This document shows positions 50,621 through 60,414 of a stretch of 64,000 nucleotides of DNA, piece after piece. A program made the position numbers and the translations under genes. The first letter of the stretch is position 1, and each line of letters starts with the position of its first letter. The notes beneath the pieces were generated by a model that worked only from the letters and a program-made list of their open reading frames with translations, was not told the DNA's origin and did no database searches. Where the stretch lies: the IMG/VR virus record IMGVR_UViG_3300034071_003115, positions 1 through 64,000 of that record. The stretch is one strand, 5' to 3'. The DNA comes from a virus.

Positions 50621-50830
50621 TTAGCGGCGGTCCCAGAGGTACTGCGAGCCGTCCCAATCATCCTCGTACATCATCGCGTCCTTGTCGCCAAGCAGCGCAG
50701 CAGCCTCGGCGCGAAGTTCATCGCGGAACTCCTTACCGCAATAGTCGTGGTACCAGACTCCGCTGAACTCGTCCGTCCACTTGCCATCCTCGCTCGTGAT
50801 TGTTTCGCTGCACCAATCGCACCTGAACAT
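50621..50830 (-). CDS. small Zn-binding protein
   Basis: CDWC...HDYC; RBS AAGGAGG. Confidence 0.65.
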   Translation of the reverse strand: MFRCDWCSETITSEDGKWTDEFSGVWYHDYCGKEFRDELRAEAAALLGDKDAMMYEDDWDGSQYLWDRR

Positions 50831-51009
50831 TTCTGCCTCCTTATTGCTACCACCCCAAGCGGGGTACCCCCATCATAGAGTCGCCATTTCCAATCCGTCA
50901 AGCCCCTAGTTTCGGGAGAGTCTCGTGCGCCGCGGCGCACGAGAGCCGAACAAAAGAAAACGCCAGCGGGGGTAGCATCCCGCTGGCGTGTTGCTAACGA
51001 TTGTGCGCG

Positions 51010-51294
51010 CTATCCGCGATAGTAGTCCATCTTGTCAATGAACTCATCATCAACATTGACCGAGTTGTATGAAACCGAGAATCCCTTCTTCTCCATCGCC
51101 GCGATGAAGAGAGGCGCATCGCAATCTTCTTCTAGGTAGACGCTACCATTGCGCTCATACGAGCAGTTGCTCACCTTGTCCGCGATACCAAGCGTGCGAA
51201 GCATTGCCTTCTCCGCTACGAGGTATCCGTGCCCTGGCGTGGATACGAACCGCGTCACATAGGTTGCTTGGATACCGAAGTCCCCTCCAAACAT
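51010..51294 (-). CDS. small conserved phage protein (TPGHG / YLEEDCD motif)
   Basis: STPGHGYL, VYLEEDCDAPLF. Confidence 0.7.
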   Translation of the reverse strand: MFGGDFGIQATYVTRFVSTPGHGYLVAEKAMLRTLGIADKVSNCSYERNGSVYLEEDCDAPLFIAAMEKKGFSVSYNSVNVDDEFIDKMDYYRG

Positions 51295-51428
51295 TATTGC
51301 CTCCTTATTGCTACCCTCACGGCAACTGCCGCAAGGCAATACTACGCGAACTCCCGCTTGCTTGTCAAGCGTTCTATTCCACCCTGCCGCGGCAGGGTGG
51401 AGCCGACCCTAATACCTGCCGCTTTCGT

Positions 51429-51758
51429 TTACGCTTCCGCGTTCGCCGTCTGCTCCTGCTCGTTGCGAATCGCTTCGTCCGTGTGATGGCTCGCGATTTC
51501 CGTCCAGTTCACCGACGAGAGGCAACCGCCCACGAAGTCCGCAACTAGTCCCGCGGGCTGCTCGCCGATGAACTCCTCAACCTGCTCGCGAATCCATCGC
51601 CCCATCTCATAGGCGGAGAAGTTTGGGTCGCTGTCGTTCGTTTCTGCAAAGTAGCGCGCCTGCTCACCAACCTCAAAGAGGTCAAGCAGCCCCTCCTCAA
51701 TCCAAAGATTGGTGACCCAAGTTTCCCAGTTCGTCCAGCCATTGTAGCCTTCGCTCAT
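51429..51758 (-). CDS. small conserved phage protein (YNGWTNWETW motif)
   Basis: GYNGWTNWETWVTNLWI...VNWTEIA. Confidence 0.75.
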   Translation of the reverse strand: MSEGYNGWTNWETWVTNLWIEEGLLDLFEVGEQARYFAETNDSDPNFSAYEMGRWIREQVEEFIGEQPAGLVADFVGGCLSSVNWTEIASHHTDEAIRNEQEQTANAEA

Positions 51759-51925
51759 TTTTGCCTCCTTGCTACCTAGCGGGAAGTCCCCGCCACTGAA
51801 TACTAAGCGAACTCCTAGCCGCTCGTCAAGTGTTCTATTCCAACCTGCCGCGGCAGGTTGGAGCTCCACAAAGAAACAACGGCGGGGATTTCTCCCCGCC
51901 GTTGTCGTTCCCGATTTTGTGCGCG

Positions 51926-52333
51926 CTACTTGATTGGGTAGTTGCCCAGTTCTAGCAGCGTCTTGATTTCCGCAGCCTGTTCATCGGTGAGGGCGAGAGT
52001 CTTGCCGTCCTCGTCCTCTGCGGTGAGTACGCAGTTGCCATAGATGTTGTCCGCGTACCCTCCCAGGATTTCGTTGCGGAGTGATGTCGCCGCATGATTG
52101 CGGAGGACTGGCTCGTTGTAGAGACCTTCCTCGTCGCACCAGAGCACGACGCTAGTTGCGCCATACTTGCCAGAAACCGCAACCTCCGTCATGTCCCACT
52201 CGCCTACTCGGTAGAGTTCGGTGAGCGTGTTGCCGTCATCGTTGAAGTCCACGACCTCAACCCAGTTGAACAGCGCGGGCGTTGAAGCACCAACTTCAAG
52301 CGCACCGACTCCGAACTTGATTGCCTTACCCAT
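51926..52333 (-). CDS. DUF3846-like protein
   Basis: LWCDEEGL....N..AT, IYGNCVL...DG....LT. Confidence 0.7.
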   Translation of the reverse strand: MGKAIKFGVGALEVGASTPALFNWVEVVDFNDDGNTLTELYRVGEWDMTEVAVSGKYGATSVVLWCDEEGLYNEPVLRNHAATSLRNEILGGYADNIYGNCVLTAEDEDGKTLALTDEQAAEIKTLLELGNYPIK

Positions 52334-52449
52334 TTTCCGCCTCCTTGCTACTCATCGGGAAGCCCCGACACCAGAATCTTACGCGATAAGTTCCAGACCT
52401 GTCAAGGGTTCAAATCCAAGTCGCCGCGGCGACTTGGAGCCGAACAAAA

Positions 52450-52690
52450 TGATGAGGGTCTGACTGGCACCACACCAACCAGACCCTCATCGGCATTTCG
52501 CTGCCTTTGACGCTTATCCTCTTGCGAGGAGAGGCTTCACCTCTCGGCTACCTCTTGCGAACGGCATAGGTGTCGGTTAGGCACCCCCACCGCTCGTCCT
52601 TATCGTCTCGGGTAGTTCGTCTACAACTACCAACCAGCCGCAGCCCCATAAGCCCGCCACCTTCACAGCGGCACCAGAGCGGCTCGTGAG
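52450..52690 (-). ncRNA. candidate structured small RNA occupying its own cassette
   Basis: Promoter TTGACG-N17-TAGAAT and terminator-like hairpin flank about 240 nt with several hairpins; only a 33-codon ORF seen. Confidence 0.5.
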
Positions 52691-52807
52691 GTGATTCTAA
52701 ACGAACATCTTCCAGCCGTCAAGAGTTCTAATCACACGGGCCGCGGCCCGTGTGAGGTGAACAAAAAAGGCGAGGTTTCCCTCGCCTTTCTTGACCAGAC
52801 CCCCCGA

Positions 52808-53089
52808 TTACTTGACTTCGTAGACCTCGCCGCCAAAGCGAACCGCCGTGATTGCGTCAAGCGCAACCGAACGATACGCCTTCTTGGTGATGTCGTAGAC
52901 GAAGATGAGGTCTTTCGCCGCCGCGTCATACGCAGCCTCACCGCCTTTGAGATGCTTCTTGACTCCGAGTCGCGCCGTCATCTTGCGAACCTCGCCCGTC
53001 GTGCGCTTCACGAAGTCCACGCCGAAGATTGCGCCGTTGCTGTTGCGAATCATTTCGGCTGCCTCTGCCAACTTGATTGCCTTGCTCAT
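52808..53089 (-). CDS. WYL-like/SH3-fold small protein
   Basis: FGVDFVKRTTGEVRKM, VYDI.KKAYRSV. Confidence 0.65.
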   Translation of the reverse strand: MSKAIKLAEAAEMIRNSNGAIFGVDFVKRTTGEVRKMTARLGVKKHLKGGEAAYDAAAKDLIFVYDITKKAYRSVALDAITAVRFGGEVYEVK

Positions 53090-53237
53090 TTCTGCCTCCT
53101 TGCTACTCTGCCCCAATCGGGGTACTCCGATTCTAAGCGAACACCTAGCCAGCCGTCAAGGGTTCTATTCCAAGTGGCCGCCGCCACTTGGAGCCGAACA
53201 AAAATGCCGCCCGAAGGCGGCATCTTTGCTTTCTGGA

Positions 53238-53576
53238 CTACTCGGCTTGGTGGAGCGCGATGATCTGAGCCATCTCGCGCTCGGCTGCCCACTCCTCTGA
53301 GAAGGCAACGAAGTCAATGAATCCATCGTTGCGCCAATGGACGACGATGTTGCCGAACCTGTCGTAAGTCCCATCAAGTTCAGTTGAGATCATCTCATCT
53401 GGCTGAGCGAAACCTTCCAACATATCGCCGTAGATTTCAGCGAACTTTAGATCGTATCCGTCAAGACGAGGAGCGACCTTTGGATCAACGAACCAATCGC
53501 CCCTGCAACTGCCCTGTGAGCATTGAAACTTTGTGAAGTCGCCCTTTGTGAGTGAGACTGCCAGAGCCTTGAACAT
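53238..53576 (-). CDS. hypothetical protein
   Basis: RBS GAGGAGG. Confidence 0.6.
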   Translation of the reverse strand: MFKALAVSLTKGDFTKFQCSQGSCRGDWFVDPKVAPRLDGYDLKFAEIYGDMLEGFAQPDEMISTELDGTYDRFGNIVVHWRNDGFIDFVAFSEEWAAEREMAQIIALHQAE

Positions 53577-53689
53577 TTGAGCCTCCTCTGCTACCGCCCC
53601 AAGTGGGGTGAACCCATTGTAATCAAACTTCTCGCAAGGTGTCAAGAGGTTCTAGTGGAACAGGCCGCCGCCTGTTCCACCTGAACAAA

Positions 53690-53918
53690 ATACAAGACCC
53701 TCGGAGCCGTCGCCCCGAGGGTCTTGCTTCGGATTTGTTGTCTAGGGACTAATCACTTTCCCTAGACTCCTTTTCCTTCCGCTCCGCCGATCCATTGGCA
53801 CCTAGCGGTCATCGTCCTTTGCGTCTCTATACCCGCATTTTTTGGCTGCGGCATCTGCTCGCTCGTCCAGAGTCTCACCTAGTCGGTGTCGCTTCATCTA
53901 GAATCGCTTCCGACAAGT
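53690..53918 (-). ncRNA. candidate small RNA occupying its own cassette
   Basis: Promoter TTGACA-N18-GAGAAT, terminator hairpin; only a 31-codon ORF without the usual AGGAGG. Confidence 0.4.
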
Positions 53919-54007
53919 GGATTCTCCCACACCCGAAACAGACCTGTCAAGCCCCTATTTCAGTTCCATTCCAATCACCCGCCGGTGATTGGAGCCGAAC
54001 TATTTAT

Positions 54008-54349
54008 TTAGTTTGCTGGTGCTTCTGAGGAAGCGATTGCGTCGCTCAACGAGTAGAAGACAGGGTGTTCGTATCCGTTGCCTAGTTCTGATTTGTGAAT
54101 CAACTCAAACCACGAGTTATTTATCCACTCAAATCGCTCAATGTCTTTCTCCGCCTCTGCGAGTTTCTCGTCGGAGTCTATGCCGACATCTTCCAAGTCC
54201 CTCGTCGTGCGAAGATGGACAAACTGCCCATCATCTCGCTTGTACCTAATGTTCATCTCGCCACACCTGAACACCAGATAGTCGCCGAGGTCTTTGATCG
54301 CCTCGTCGTCTTCGTGATAGGTGTAGAAGGCTGCGTCTTCCCTGCTCAT
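54008..54349 (-). CDS. hypothetical protein
   Basis: Coupled to 54346..54570; WINNSWFE. Confidence 0.6.
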   Translation of the reverse strand: MSREDAAFYTYHEDDEAIKDLGDYLVFRCGEMNIRYKRDDGQFVHLRTTRDLEDVGIDSDEKLAEAEKDIERFEWINNSWFELIHKSELGNGYEHPVFYSLSDAIASSEAPAN

Positions 54350-54570
54350 ACACAACCCAGAACGGAGAATCCGTCTGCCGCGATTCCTTCCAGAATCGGT
54401 TCGGCATAGCGTGGCTCAACGACAAGAGCCTGACCCCAATAGGTCGCCTCCGAGTCCACCCTATCGCGCAGCCACGAGCGAGCCTCTGCTGTGAGTGGGG
54501 TGATGAGGGTAATCGTTCCCTCGCTTACGAACGAGAAGTCCGCGAAGTCGGACTTATCTCCCTTTCCCAT
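54346..54570 (-). CDS. small conserved phage protein
   Basis: GTI..ITPLT.EA..WL, VVEPRY...I..G...DG. Confidence 0.7.
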   Translation of the reverse strand: MGKGDKSDFADFSFVSEGTITLITPLTAEARSWLRDRVDSEATYWGQALVVEPRYAEPILEGIAADGFSVLGCV

Positions 54571-54762
54571 TTCTTGCCTCCTCTTTCTGCGGCACTACTT
54601 CGCCGCAAGACAAGGGTACAACAGCGACCACTAGGTCGTCAAGAGGTTCTAGTCAAACGGGCCGCGGCCCGTTTGAGGCGAACAAAAAAGAGGGATCAAG
54701 TTGGCTGCGATCAACTTGATCCCTCTGTTGGGGCGTAGGGGAGGCTCTATCCTACGCCGTAG

Positions 54763-55029
54763 TCATAGTGCCGCGGCTTGTGGCTTGCGGCAGTCGTATC
54801 CTAGCAGGCAACTGAACGGCTCGTGATCAACGGGATCAATCGCCCACTCAAGGCAAGTCCCACAAGATTCACCGCACCAGTTTACTTCGTCCCAGTCAAA
54901 GACAGGGTGAAGATTATTGCCCTCGTTATCCTTCGTGTCTTCGCTGTCAAGCGTATCGCCGAAGCGTGCCTTCGCGCAGGCTAGGCAATGAACGGAAGCG
55001 TCAAACTGCCAAGCGATCGGTGTTGACAT
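54763..55029 (-). CDS. small Zn-binding protein
   Basis: HCLAC, CGTC; RBS AAGGAGG. Confidence 0.65.
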   Translation of the reverse strand: MSTPIAWQFDASVHCLACAKARFGDTLDSEDTKDNEGNNLHPVFDWDEVNWCGESCGTCLEWAIDPVDHEPFSCLLGYDCRKPQAAAL

Positions 55030-55150
55030 ACATTCCTCCTTATTCGCAGCGTCGGTACTTCCGACAATCGGATTGTCCCATACCTCGGGCTGTCCGTCAA
55101 ATGTTCCAGCCCAAGCACCCGCGGGTGCTTGGGGGCGAACTATTTATTGC

Positions 55151-55384
55151 TCAATACACGCCAGTCCCGCCGCAGCCGCACGCTCCGTCTTGGCACATCA
55201 CGCCCTCGTCAAGCAACATTGCGCAGCCGTACTTATCTGATCGGTGCTCCTCGCACTTCACGCAGTATCGGGAGGGCAGCCCAGAGGAGTTGTTGTCCGC
55301 CCAATACGCAAACGGCTCCTCACAGAAATCACAGGATACTACTCCCTGCGGTTCGCCGACTGGAATCTCAAAGTGGTCGCTCAT
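55151..55384 (-). CDS. small Cys-rich protein
   Basis: CDFC, CVKC, CQDGACGCGG. Confidence 0.6.
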   Translation of the reverse strand: MSDHFEIPVGEPQGVVSCDFCEEPFAYWADNNSSGLPSRYCVKCEEHRSDKYGCAMLLDEGVMCQDGACGCGGTGVY

Positions 55385-55626
55385 TACAGCGCACCATAGC
55401 AGTCATCGCAGAGATTACGAACTTCATCATAGGCGTATTCTGCGCCGTTCCAGCCATAGGAGAACTTTCGCCCCTTGCCCTCAAATGGGCAACGCTTATC
55501 AAGTCGCAGCACTTCCTCGCCCTCGCACTCCTGAACGAGCGGGTGGTCGTGCGTTTCACACTCGCATTGGTCGTAGTAGCAATCTCCGTTGCCACACATC
55601 GTCATTGAGCCTTGTAGGTACGCCAT
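55384..55626 (-). CDS. small Cys-rich protein
   Basis: RBS AAGGAGG; multiple Cys. Confidence 0.6.
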   Translation of the reverse strand: MAYLQGSMTMCGNGDCYYDQCECETHDHPLVQECEGEEVLRLDKRCPFEGKGRKFSYGWNGAEYAYDEVRNLCDDCYGAL

Positions 55627-55745
55627 TGTTGCCTCCTTGCTCGCAGCACCCCAAGCGGGGTAGCCCTATTGTAAATCCACTTGCTTCTATCCGTCAAGAG
55701 GTTCTATCCCAGATGGCCGCGGCCATCTGGGGGAGAACTATTTAT

Positions 55746-55946
55746 TTACTTCCAGTCGCTTGGGATTTCACGCCAAGTCAATCCCCCGTTATCGCAGTCT
55801 GCCGAGTAGATGTCGCACTCTTGACACCACACCACATAGCAGTCCTCTAAATGCTTGTCGCAGTCAGACCAAAGCCAATGCTCTTCCCGCCTATCCATCG
55901 GGCAGTCGCAGGGCTTTCGTTTAGATGTGGGGAATAGGCGGCTCAC
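55746..55946 (-). CDS. small Cys-rich protein
   Basis: Coupled; CDC, CQEC. Confidence 0.5.
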   Translation of the reverse strand: MSRLFPTSKRKPCDCPMDRREEHWLWSDCDKHLEDCYVVWCQECDIYSADCDNGGLTWREIPSDWK

Positions 55947-56392
55947 AATACCTCACACCCTTTCAGGTCAGCGCACTTCTCCAAGAACGCCTGCCACTCT
56001 CGGATAAGACCAACCCACGAAGTCGCCTCCTCGCTTGGGAACGCCTTCGTGTGGTCGTCCATAAACGGATTGTTTGCGATTATGGCAATCATTTCGTTTT
56101 TGATTTGCTCATCGCTCATAGACGCGATTTTCTCGGAGAGTGCGCGGCACTCATAGTCCTTGATGACCTCGCCGCTATTATCAAGTAGATTCTCGTTCAC
56201 CTCGTCAAAGCCAATCGCATCGTGGAACTCACGCAACATCGGCATACCCCAGATGTTCAGACGGAAGTAGAGCGTATCGGGAGCCTTCTCGTCATACGAG
56301 CCGTCCTCGTTTACCCACATTGAGCGGTGCTTCTTTGCGTGTTCAGCCGCAGCCTTTCGGTCTGGTAGCAGCGAGTAGATGTCGTATCCCAT
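55943..56392 (-). CDS. conserved phage protein (MGYD / YFRLNIWG motif)
   Basis: RBS AAGGAGG. Confidence 0.7.
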   Translation of the reverse strand: MGYDIYSLLPDRKAAAEHAKKHRSMWVNEDGSYDEKAPDTLYFRLNIWGMPMLREFHDAIGFDEVNENLLDNSGEVIKDYECRALSEKIASMSDEQIKNEMIAIIANNPFMDDHTKAFPSEEATSWVGLIREWQAFLEKCADLKGCEVL

Positions 56393-56617
56393 TTCCAGCC
56401 TCCTTTATTACAAACCCCAAGCGGGGCAACACCATTGTAAGCAGATTTGCCGTCAGCCGTCAAGGGGTTCTAACCCAAATGGCCGCGGCCATTTGGGGCT
56501 GAACAAAAAACAAGCCCCCCGAAGGGGGCTTGTTTTTCTTGGGCTACTTTCTTACTTCGCTAACGATTGCGTATGTAAACGAAGCGAGCAGAAGAAGAAA
56601 GCCCCAAAACAACTCAA

Positions 56618-57583
56618 TCATCGGGAAAGCGCGAGGACTGCCTCGCGCTTTGTCTTCGCTGCGAAACCTGTGTCTAGCATTACGCTAGAAGCACGAGCGT
56701 CCGAAGCAGAAGAGCGTACCCCGCCGCGATACGAAACGCCATAGTCCAGATACTCGGCGATGGCGTTGTATACGCCCCACTTCGTATCGCGCAAACCTTC
56801 TAGATTCTCCGCGTTATTGAGAATCGCGATTGTTGCCTTCGCTCGCTCCGACATTACTTCCTTCCCACGCTTCTCCGACTCCGACAGCGGGAAGATTCTC
56901 GTGATGACGCGGAATGCCTCATCGCGATCCATCTTCTCCGCGATCATACGCGAGCCGATGACCGAAAACTCCTCAACCGCGCTTGCGGCAAGTCCGAGTG
57001 CGCGCTTCGCCTCTGCGACTTTCTCCTCAATCTTCGCGGTGTGGCGAAGTGTGAACGACATCTTCGCGCTGCCCAACGCTGCGTTGAGCGTGTTCATACA
57101 AACAACGCGGATTGGCGTAATCATCGCTTTGAGTGGGAACAAGCCGTTGTGCCCATTGGCAATCACAAGGTAGGTGTTGGTATCACCATTGTCGCCCTTG
57201 ATCTTGATCCTCTCTGGAATCTCCAACGCGGAGAAGACGATCTGCCCACCTTTGAGTGAACCCGCCGACTCGTAGCGTGCGCCCTCGTCAAGCAACGCGT
57301 CCGCGAACGACATCATCTCGTCGTTCTGGATTGGCGTGTAGCGATCACCGACAACGCCCAAGACCGAGCCATCGGTGCTGCGAACATTTGCGCGCTTGCC
57401 GTTGATCGCGATTTGCTTGCCGTCAAGCGTCGTGAAGATCGGCTGCTGCTTTACTGCCCAATCAAGACCAGCCGCAACGATCATCTCCGCGCTCGTTGTG
57501 AGTCCATTATTGGCAACGCCGAGTTTGTGCCACGGCGCGCCCCTTTCCGCGTTGTATGCCATCGTTTCTACTTCGTGTGCCAT
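56618..57583 (-). CDS. DUF932 (TIGR03299-like phage/plasmid) protein
   Basis: PWHKLG, AGLDW.V, LGVVGDRYTPIQN, ESAGSLKGG, NGHNG, TPIRVVCMNTL, RHT. Confidence 0.88.
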   Translation of the reverse strand: MAHEVETMAYNAERGAPWHKLGVANNGLTTSAEMIVAAGLDWAVKQQPIFTTLDGKQIAINGKRANVRSTDGSVLGVVGDRYTPIQNDEMMSFADALLDEGARYESAGSLKGGQIVFSALEIPERIKIKGDNGDTNTYLVIANGHNGLFPLKAMITPIRVVCMNTLNAALGSAKMSFTLRHTAKIEEKVAEAKRALGLAASAVEEFSVIGSRMIAEKMDRDEAFRVITRIFPLSESEKRGKEVMSERAKATIAILNNAENLEGLRDTKWGVYNAIAEYLDYGVSYRGGVRSSASDARASSVMLDTGFAAKTKREAVLALSR

Positions 57584-57701
57584 TTGCGTCCTCCTTTTTT
57601 CTCAACGGCAACTGCCGCTAGATGGATTGTCGCATACTTCCCGAGATTGCGTCAAGTTCTAGTCCAAAGGGCCGCGGCCCTTTGGAGCCGAACTATTATC
57701 T

Positions 57702-57986
57702 TTATGCGTGTCGGTGCGCTTCTACAAAGTCGCAGTTCGGGATAAAGCACCAGCCTTCATCTCGCGCTTCCGCGTCCGACATAAATGGCGGGTGAAACTC
57801 ACACTCGCAGGGAGCGCAGTCCAAGCAGTAAACCAGATAACCCTCTGGCACACCGCTCTCATACTGATCAAAGTCAAGAACATCAAAGCGCGTGTTTGGC
57901 TCGCCGTTCCACGCACCGATGACTTTCTCATCGGGGTAAACAAGCGGAGCCGAGCAGCGAGTACACGCGTGAAGTTCACCGCTCAT
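57702..57986 (-). CDS. small Zn-binding protein
   Basis: CTRC, YCLDC. Confidence 0.55.
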   Translation of the reverse strand: MSGELHACTRCSAPLVYPDEKVIGAWNGEPNTRFDVLDFDQYESGVPEGYLVYCLDCAPCECEFHPPFMSDAEARDEGWCFIPNCDFVEAHRHA

Positions 57987-58152
57987 CGGTAATCTCCTCC
58001 GCGCTCCAAACAATAATCTCTGGCGTAGTGTCCCAAGGTGCTGGCTCCTCTGCCAACTCAAACGCCTTGCCCTCTGCCTCGCCCTGATCCAAGGCTTCCA
58101 CCTCAAACTCGCGATAGCCAGTGTGTTGTAGAACAACGATCCACTTACTCAT
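57976..58152 (-). CDS. small acidic protein (EVEA..EA motif)
   Basis: Coupled ORF. Confidence 0.55.
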   Translation of the reverse strand: MSKWIVVLQHTGYREFEVEALDQGEAEGKAFELAEEPAPWDTTPEIIVWSAEEITDER

Positions 58153-58462
58153 TGTCGCCCTCCCACTCTGCGCCCTGCTCAATCAAGGAGAAGAATCCAT
58201 CGTTCGGATTCTTGTCTGGGTGTACGCTCGCAACCGCCTGAACGAATCGCAGCGAGCAAGAGTTCTCGTACCACTCCATAATCGTACTCAACATTTCGTT
58301 AGGGTTGGAATCTTTTGCCTCAATGAGCGTCGTGTAGCCATACTCCTTCATCTGCTCCACCTGCGCGTCGTCAAGCAGAACATAGATTTTGTGGCAATCG
58401 TCAAAGCCGATACCCTTTGCGATTTCCACCATCTCCTCAACCTTGTCCCAACTTACTGCCAT
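58145..58462 (-). CDS. conserved phage protein (FDDCHKIY motif)
   Basis: GIGFDDCHKIY, WYENSCSLRFV. Confidence 0.7.
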   Translation of the reverse strand: MAVSWDKVEEMVEIAKGIGFDDCHKIYVLLDDAQVEQMKEYGYTTLIEAKDSNPNEMLSTIMEWYENSCSLRFVQAVASVHPDKNPNDGFFSLIEQGAEWEGDNE

Positions 58463-58624
58463 TTCAGCCTCCTCACTACAACGGCAAGTGCCGTCTAGTG
58501 GATTGTCGCATACCCAAAGCCCAGCCGTCAAGCGTTCTACCCCAAGGAGCCGCCGCTCCTTGGGCAAGAACAAAAACAAACGAGCCGCCCGAAGGCGGCC
58601 CGCTTGATTACTTGATCTCGAAGA

Positions 58625-59170
58625 TCAGACTGGCTGATTCTCTGGCAGCGCAGCCTCTTCCTTCGTAATCTTTCCCGCTCGGATTGCGTCGCGCAGTTCG
58701 ATGCTCTCTTTGTGTGTGATCGCATCGAGATCAGGGTTGTGCTTCTCTGCGTATTTCAGTTCTTTCAGACCCTCATGCTCCATGCGCTCCATAACGCGCT
58801 TGCGCCAAGCACCAGCGGTTTCGTATGAGGCGTTGGTTTCCAGTCCGATGTGCTGCTCCAAGTCTGCTCTGGTAATCATGCGCGGTTCCCACTTGATGTT
58901 TCCGTCGTCTTCATACCCAGAAAACACAACACTCTTGTCGATCCATGCGACCGAGTAAGCGAGCGCCATGCGCTTCTCCCACTCGTCAAGATTCTCTGGC
59001 GTGATCTCGTTGAGCCCAATGCTCATCGTGTGCCAGATAATCGAGTTGGTGATCGGATGAAGGTACTCCTCACCGCGAGTCGTGCCGTCATGGGCGCTGC
59101 TCCTTGTTGCCGTTCGGTAGCAAACATCGTCCGCGTTCTTTACATTTTTTACTGACCAGTTGAGCGGCAT
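58625..59170 (-). CDS. hypothetical protein
   Basis: RBS AAGGAGG; HIGLETN. Confidence 0.7.
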   Translation of the reverse strand: MPLNWSVKNVKNADDVCYRTATRSSAHDGTTRGEEYLHPITNSIIWHTMSIGLNEITPENLDEWEKRMALAYSVAWIDKSVVFSGYEDDGNIKWEPRMITRADLEQHIGLETNASYETAGAWRKRVMERMEHEGLKELKYAEKHNPDLDAITHKESIELRDAIRAGKITKEEAALPENQPV

Positions 59171-59179
59171 ACAGCCTCC

Positions 59180-59407
59180 TTACTTCTTCTTGGTGGCGCG
59201 CTTTGCGCCAGACTCACGAATCGCACGCTCCAATCGCTCGGTGCGCTTATCAGCGTGATGGCTGCTGATGACGAAGAACGCCCAGATCGTTGCTGGCAGC
59301 CAGCCGATCAGCGTGAGTTGGAGAACAAGCGCGATGATTGCCTGAACCCATTTGCCAGCAGCCAGAAACCCAAACGCTGGAAAGAGCAACGCCAATAGGT
59401 ACTTCAT
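59180..59407 (-). CDS. YqaE/Pmp3-family membrane proteolipid
   Basis: YLLALLFP, LIGWLPATIWA. Confidence 0.8.
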   Translation of the reverse strand: MKYLLALLFPAFGFLAAGKWVQAIIALVLQLTLIGWLPATIWAFFVISSHHADKRTERLERAIRESGAKRATKKK

Positions 59408-59601
59408 TTTCTACCTCCTTACTTTCTATCGGGAATCCCCGACCACTTGATTTTCTCACGGGTCATAGCGACCTGTCAAATGGTCTACCCCAGACACCGG
59501 CGGGTGTCTGGGCGCGAACAATAATAAATAAGCCCCGCCATTTCTGGCGAGGCTTATTCACACTCGGGCTAACGCTGTGATTTCATCAGCCCTGTATCTA
59601 A

Positions 59602-60414
59602 TCAGCCCCCGACAACGCCGCCGAAGTGTTTATCACAGAACTTCTCAAACTCGTTCATTGGTACGGCATCATAATCACGCTCGCCGTACTCAATCTCGTC
59701 GTCCTCGCCCTTGTGCCACGCTTCGTCTGGCAAATCATCTGCGTTGTAATCACTTACGCTTACAACCTCTCCGTTCTCGTACACAATCTCACCTGCGAAA
59801 CCCATACCGCCTTCGCAGTATCGGTGAGCGATTGCGAGCGTTGGAAACTGCTTGGCGAGCGCGGCAATCACAGGCTCCGCAGGAGCCCAAGCCGTATCAA
59901 AGTTGTACGAAACGATTCCGTCAATCTTGCTATCGTCATCGCCGCGGTCGCTCCATACTTCACCGCAGTTCCACTTGGAGCCCCAGTTAGAAACATTCCA
60001 GTTGTACCACCAGTCTGGGTGCGATGAGTTCTGCTTGACCTTGTGAATCGGACAGATTGGCGTACCGCCAAACATCAGGGCGGTATCATCTTGGATTGTG
60101 CCGTTGCTTGATTCTTCCTTCACAACTGGAATACCATCAACGCACCACTCGCCCTGCTTTCGCATTACATCTTTGCCGTCGTTATCGGTGTACGAAACGA
60201 TTTCTGGTAGGTCATCTCGCTCAACCCACACCTGCTTACAGCCGCATTGGAAATCGTTCTGACCCTCGTTGATTGCGTAGAACTTGCTATCGGGTGGCGG
60301 CACAATCTTCGCAAAGTCGAAGTCGCCCTCGCTGCCCTTCACAAACTCAACCAACCTTGCGACCTCTGCTTCGTCGCCGCTAATGTCTACTTGGTTCACA
60401 CACCAGTTAGGCAT
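59602..60414 (-). CDS. DUF1281/YubB ferredoxin-like protein
   Basis: MPNWC.N, FDF.KIVP.P, WYNWN..NWGSKW, FDTAWAP, Y.E.GM.FAG. Confidence 0.8.
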   Translation of the reverse strand: MPNWCVNQVDISGDEAEVARLVEFVKGSEGDFDFAKIVPPPDSKFYAINEGQNDFQCGCKQVWVERDDLPEIVSYTDNDGKDVMRKQGEWCVDGIPVVKEESSNGTIQDDTALMFGGTPICPIHKVKQNSSHPDWWYNWNVSNWGSKWNCGEVWSDRGDDDSKIDGIVSYNFDTAWAPAEPVIAALAKQFPTLAIAHRYCEGGMGFAGEIVYENGEVVSVSDYNADDLPDEAWHKGEDDEIEYGERDYDAVPMNEFEKFCDKHFGGVVGG

